Source of the DNA: Bigelowiella natans CCMP2755
Taxonomy: Eukaryota; Protista; Cercozoa
Direction: 5' to 3'
NCBI GenBank assembly: GCA_000320545.1
Contig: ADNK01000512.1
Span: forward strand, 63,635 to 127,634
Length of the DNA: 64,000 nucleotides
In this document: positions 58,493 through 64,000 of the stretch, in pieces
Position numbering within the stretch: position 1 is the stretch's first letter
How the letters are laid out: every line of letters starts with the position of its first letter
Notes under the pieces: model-generated
What the model saw: the letters and a program-made list of their open reading frames with translations, nothing else
What the model was told of the DNA's origin: nothing
The model's database searches: none
Position numbers and translations under genes: made by a program

Positions 58493-59401
58493 ATGCTTCG
58501 CAAGCTCCCCCTCAGGCTCCTGCGAACCCCCTGCCGCCCTCTCTTCTCTCGAGGTGAATTTCAGCCGAGTTTGTTTGATTAATTATATTCTCCCAAATGT
58601 TATGGACATTATCCTCAATATTGAGTCAGTGAGGAGGGGTGTTTTATTAGATAACGTGAGAGATTACGTACATGCCAATGCAGATAACGTGAGGTGTACA
58701 TGCACTGAATATATTTACTTTGTGGTTTTTAGTTCGCCACTTCTCTAAGCCAGGGGACCATCCTGGAGACGAACAGAGCTTTGGGCGCGAGGCTGAGGAG
58801 CTTGCACTTGAAAAGATCGGTGTTGACCGCTACGATCGTGAGCCTGCCACGGGACCGTTTGGTACACTAGAGAAGCCAGCTGTGATCTACTCGGCCCAGA
58901 AAGAACGTGTTGTGGGATGCGTTGGTAATTTTGATTCATTGAAACTTATTAAAGATTCCATTCTGAAATCATGATCATCTTGACGCAAAGAGCCAGGAAT
59001 TTACTGTGATGCAGATTTAATTAATATATATCTTCACAATAACCTTCACTAGAAATTCACACATGCACACAACCCACAGATAGTTCACATAAAATTTAGC
59101 ACAAAAACTTACATATTTCTTAAATTTTTTTTGTTAGCGTTGGTATGGTAGGATACCAAATAGAATGCGTGAAAACGAAATATGAAATAAAATATTGGTT
59201 TCCATTGAACATTGATAGCACTCACATACATCGATAGTAGTTAGTCTTAATGGGTACACTTTGTTCTTAGGTTCCAAGGAAGAACCACACGATGTTTATT
59301 GGTTCAATCTTCGAGCTGGTATGAAGCATGTCTGCACCATTTGCGGACAAGTGTTTGTACTAGAGGATAATTCGAAAAGATACGCTAATATTGAATCGTA
59401 A
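58493..59401 (+). CDS. COX5B: Cytochrome c oxidase subunit 5B (mitochondrial)
   Basis: Basic presequence MLRKLPLRLLRTPCRPLFSR, then GPFGTLEKPAVIYSAQKERVVGCVG, EPHDVYWFNL and the zinc-binding HVCTICGQVFVL. Three exons. Confidence 0.93.
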
Positions 59402-60289
59402 ATCGTCCGAAAAAGCTCTAGTTTGTCGGGGGAGGGACTGTAGCTAATTGTTAGAAATACTTAAGCTGAGGCGGGAAAATGAGTTGACCTGAACATAGGT
59501 GTGCAACACCTACCTTTTGTTCGTATATCCGACAACTGCCAGATGGATGGAAATAGACCTGATGGAAATAGACCTGATGCATGCTGGTGTGTGCCAAAAA
59601 AAAAAGTTCAGAGTAAAAATTCTCGTTGCATTTTGTGGTACAAGTCTGATTCTCTTTAGACCGTAGTTGTTCGCATCATTTTGTAGCATGACGACCTAGA
59701 TCACATCTAGGCGATCGAAGATCTCATCGCAGCTTAATATCAAGATATAGCATGCGGTGCCGCTTGCGCATGCCGATGTATCTGGCATTTACTAGATTTA
59801 GTCATACGTACGTCTGCTTACGACATCCAATGTAGCACAACAATGCTTTCTGCGATGCTAGCATAGCATTCTAGCATTGTAATTTGTAAACCTAGCTAGC
59901 ATAGCTAGATACTTCAATATAGCTAATTATTATTACGTACGTACCTGCTGTATGTGTCTAGATATATAGCATGCATGCAAAACGGAAGCCCTACTTGCCA
60001 GATTGTGCGTGTCCATGGCTATACTTCATATATATAATGTGCGAAGAATTTTGCAGACGACGTTTATGAACGCCAGCAGCGCACAGTGCTGCGATGCTGC
60101 TATTTAGGCTTAATACTGTTTTACGCAGCATTTACTACTTGAACATGCAGGTGGATGAGAGTTTGTGTATACTGACCGGTAGCACAAATAAACAGCATCA
60201 AGCTTGCTCTTTCTAACAGCCAGCCGGTCTTATTATATTTGAGAAAGCATCCTTCTTATGAACAATTACATTTTTGGCTCGCTTCATAA

Positions 60290-60986
60290 TTAGCTGATAG
60301 TTCTTCCTTTCATTCCAATCGTTGTAAGGATTCCCGCCTTCCTTTGCTTCTTAGCTTCCTCTGCCCTTCGGCGTGCTAATTCCTCCCTCTGGGCTTTCTG
60401 AGCTTGCAACATCTCGATCGGAACAGAAACCATCTTCTGCACGCCTTCCACAGTGTTGTCCATATCCTTTGTAGATATGCATGATGATGATGATGATAAT
60501 GATAATGATGATAATAATGATGATGTACACAAAGAGCAAAGTATCAACATTTGCATAATTGAGATGGAATGAATAAGTAAGTCCAACGCACACAAGATTG
60601 ATAACGCCTACTATTATCCTAAGAATTCTTCCCCATCGTCAACATTCACTATGAGCATGATGATGATGATGCATCATCATTCTCGCTATTCGCACCACCC
60701 CCATATGATGATATGCATGGAGAAAGATCTGAATCACATTTCGAATAATCGACGATTTTCGCCCCACATCAACAGGGATGCCGTGAAGGCGACAATCATC
60801 TGCGAGGTTCATCGCATCAGTCATTTTTATTTTGATTGACAAGCCATCTACCTCCTCTTCGGATTGGGTCGGATAGTATCTGAATTCATCTCTGAGAGGT
60901 GGGGTGGGGTTAGCCAGGCAGATGTGTTTGTCAAAAAAATAGGGAATTCATCTTCTACTTCCACGACAAAGAGAATATTCTAATTG

Positions 60987-61023
<37 letters not shown>

Positions 61024-61667
61024 TGTGTGTGTGTGTGCGTGCGTGTTAAAACTGTGTGTCTGTGTGCCTGAATTCATTTGTTAAAATGTATAAGGAGGAG
61101 GTTGGCACGTGGAATGACTTCCCCCCCTCAGCTACTACGTACTCTTTCTGCTCATCTTCACTAGACTTGGACCTACAGCGGTGGGGAGATGGCGGTTAAA
61201 AATAGTAATAATACCATATGATTGAATGACGTTAAGGTAAATACACGTTGAAGCTCATCATTCGCCGTATCACACCCCACCCTCCTCCCTAGTTTCAATC
61301 CGTCGTGGGTGTAAGGTAAGTGCGGAACTATGTATCTATTATCATCATATCCTACCGGACAAGGAAGGTCCACGCTCGCATGTCGGCGTACGTCGGTGTC
61401 ACCTTGGCCTGCATCATAGTAGCGTCATTCGGTCGCTCAGGACGAGCACACGACGTAAAATGCATCCTCTATCGACGATAACCATCCATTTTTACATCAA
61501 CCCGCACCATGGCGAACGGCGGCGAATGAATCAAAAAACGGCTATAGCTGCCAAGTCAACGACGTTATACTACCTCAAAATGGCCGTTCAGTCCTGAGAA
61601 CACGCTGCGTGCAGCCTGCATGGGGAGGAGGAAGGGGGGAGAGGAAAGTAGCACATCGAATCAAAAC

Positions 61668-61715
<48 letters not shown>

Positions 61716-63066
61716 ACACACACACGCAGAATATGAGTACATATCGTGTCTAGGTAACAGAAACAAAGTCGTCGTATTGTCGCCAATAAGTTACTACGTA
61801 GCACTGCTGAGCTAGATTGCCTCCTCCTCCTAATCTTACTACCTCATCACGTCGATCGGGGAACGTTATATTCAAACCATCTACAAGGACAATCAGTACC
61901 ATGCCGTCAACCGAATGAACACTGACATAACGATTCGATGGGGGTGGGTGGGGGGTTAGAGCTGCATATATCTCGCTGTGGCATTGTTTTCCCTTCGACT
62001 ACTCGCAAGAGACAATCTCTCTTTCTGCTGCTGCTGCTGCCGTATGCATTGCTCATTCATTCATCACGCTATGTTGATGTTGTTGTTGTTGTTGTTGTCC
62101 TCCTTCGAACCCTGGAAAGCATTCTGCAACGCCGGATATATCCATACGACCGAGCAGGAAGGCGGCCTCCTGCATGCGGGGTAGTGAGAGGTACGGCGTC
62201 AGTCAGCACATTTCGTGAATGAGAGTGTACGACGTTTTGACGGACTACTACTACTACTACTACTATTACTACTACTGCTACTATTACTACAACTAATACT
62301 AGTATACTAATCCAACTACTACTACCTAGTATCATTCAGACACCGCAAGGCCTCGACATTCACGTCCTAATGGGAAGATTGATGGGAGTCATTGCTGTTG
62401 TGCGTATGATGGGTCAAGTCAATGACGACAGTTGGTGGCTCCTATACTTATCATCATCATCATCATCATCATGATTGCTGTTATCATCATCACCACCACC
62501 ATCAGCATCGTACCCTTGGATGTACAATCCTTATGTTCGGCAGAACCGAGCTGTCATCTGACAGAGAATAATCGTAGCAAAGGGAGGCGCAGGAATGAGC
62601 GGGGAGGGGGGATATATAGGACGAAACATAAGGATCCGGAGGGGGGGGGGGGCAAGGGCAGTCTGGGGTGTTGTGTAATACTTTTTGCCAATTGAATGAA
62701 ACGTTCCACGACTACTCGCATGTTGGAACAGCCCAGCAACGGCTGCACGCTCCATCTGATGCACAATGCAAAACAAACGTTGTGCTCTCTTGTTTTCTCG
62801 TGCGGAGGAGGTGGCAATGCTTGCACATGTGCGTTTGGACATGCACACCCCCCCTTCGATGACCGCAAAAGGACGATATGGTACGGTGCGGAAAGAGATC
62901 TCGAAATAACCATCACTTGCCAAAGTGCTATTGTTAATGAATGATTAGCGAATATTTGTTGGTGGCTGCTACCTACCCTTTATTTGATAGTGTGGATGGT
63001 TGCATCGTCAATGTACTGCGCGGCCGTCCTATGTAGTGGTGGTGGTGGTGATAAAGGTGATAAGGG

Positions 63067-63101
<35 letters not shown>

Positions 63102-63368
63102 GCAACGACAACGACAGACTTAAGGAGAAGTTGATGACACTCAAAGGACAACAAGAAGATTTATTGAGGATGACGCCATAAAAGAAGCATTGGGAGAAAG
63201 GCAGAGACACAGAGAAAGAGAGGGGGGGGGAGAGGAAAAGAGAGAAATAGAGCCATGACCACGGCATCATATATACGAATACCTAGCAAATAGAATTTGC
63301 CGTTCTCACGAAGGAGCTTAAACAGCCTATTCATTATGTAGATGAAGCCACGCAGTAATAATATTTAT

Positions 63369-63429
<61 letters not shown>

Positions 63430-63765
63430 TAATATACATGTATATCTTTGCGGGAGTAGTCGTTTATTACTCAAAAGAGCTACACCGTCAAAATATTTTT
63501 TCTTCTCTCTCTCTCTGTCTCTCTTTTCCTCCTCCCCCCCCTCTTCATCATTCTTTCTAGTGCTACCTATTTATATCGTGGTCCATAGGCCATGTGTGCA
63601 GCATCGCGTCGATCTGTCCCTTATAGCTGAGAGAAAAAAGAGAAATAAATAAATAGAAATTCCTCCGACAAACCAAAGCCGGCTCTCAGGGAGGTTGCAC
63701 AAACGACACTCAAAGGAAAAATACAAAACTTCATCGTGTCTAATGTGGATTTACACACACACACG

Positions 63766-63797
<32 letters not shown>

Positions 63798-64000
63798 AAC
63801 ACACACACACACACGACAAGTGGCTGCTGTCATCACCTCCCTGTCGATCGCGTGAAGTTTGAAATGAAGGTCTCGAATTTCTTCTGACCGGTTCCGCTCT
63901 CCAGCCTTCCCTACCAACGCACAAATGATGACGACGACGACGAGGAGGAGGAGGAGGAGGAGGAGGCAGCAAGCTGCAACATCATCAACAACCCCCCCCC
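60290..64000 (-). CDS. Multi-exon hypothetical protein; 5' part lies outside the window
   Basis: A series of short GT-AG-bounded exons (e.g. SVVWIYPALQNAFQ, AARSVFSGLNGHFE, AKVTPTYADMRAWTFLVR, DEFRYYPTQSEEE) leads to a last exon DMDNTVEGVQK...GRTIS* at 60290. No family was recognised. Confidence 0.55.

Noticed and set aside
59546-59575. 15-bp direct duplication GATGGAAATAGACCT x2
   Set aside because: An isolated local tandem duplication with no spacer; not CRISPR-like.

Overview
Eukaryotic nuclear DNA with dense spliceosomal introns and many microsatellites. Signal-plus-transit-like leaders suggest an alga with a secondary plastid, probably a chlorarachniophyte (inference). Splicing exons by hand gives 13 genes in almost strictly alternating orientation: an ABCA transporter (5' end outside the window), a UBA-like/coiled-coil protein, proteasome alpha-2, an acidic protein with an LRGG-containing bipartite leader, a secreted coiled-coil + 2xPSI + degenerate EEP/TDP2-like protein, a class I methyltransferase with a plastid-type leader, a secreted protein with six ~165-aa Cys-rich repeats in an (ABC)2 arrangement, a hypothetical protein, a rhodanese, a tesmin/TSO1 CRC protein, a CDC123-like ATP-grasp protein ending in a CaaX box, COX5B, and a partial hypothetical gene. 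The most unusual items are the two large secreted proteins, the prenylation signal on the CDC123-like protein, and a three-way split in sequence character: plain divergent promoters, SSR-rich gene interiors and palindrome-rich 3' spacers. The spacers hold a MITE and a repeated hairpin element. No rRNA, tRNA or CRISPR array was recognised. Exon boundaries are manual predictions and no database search was run.
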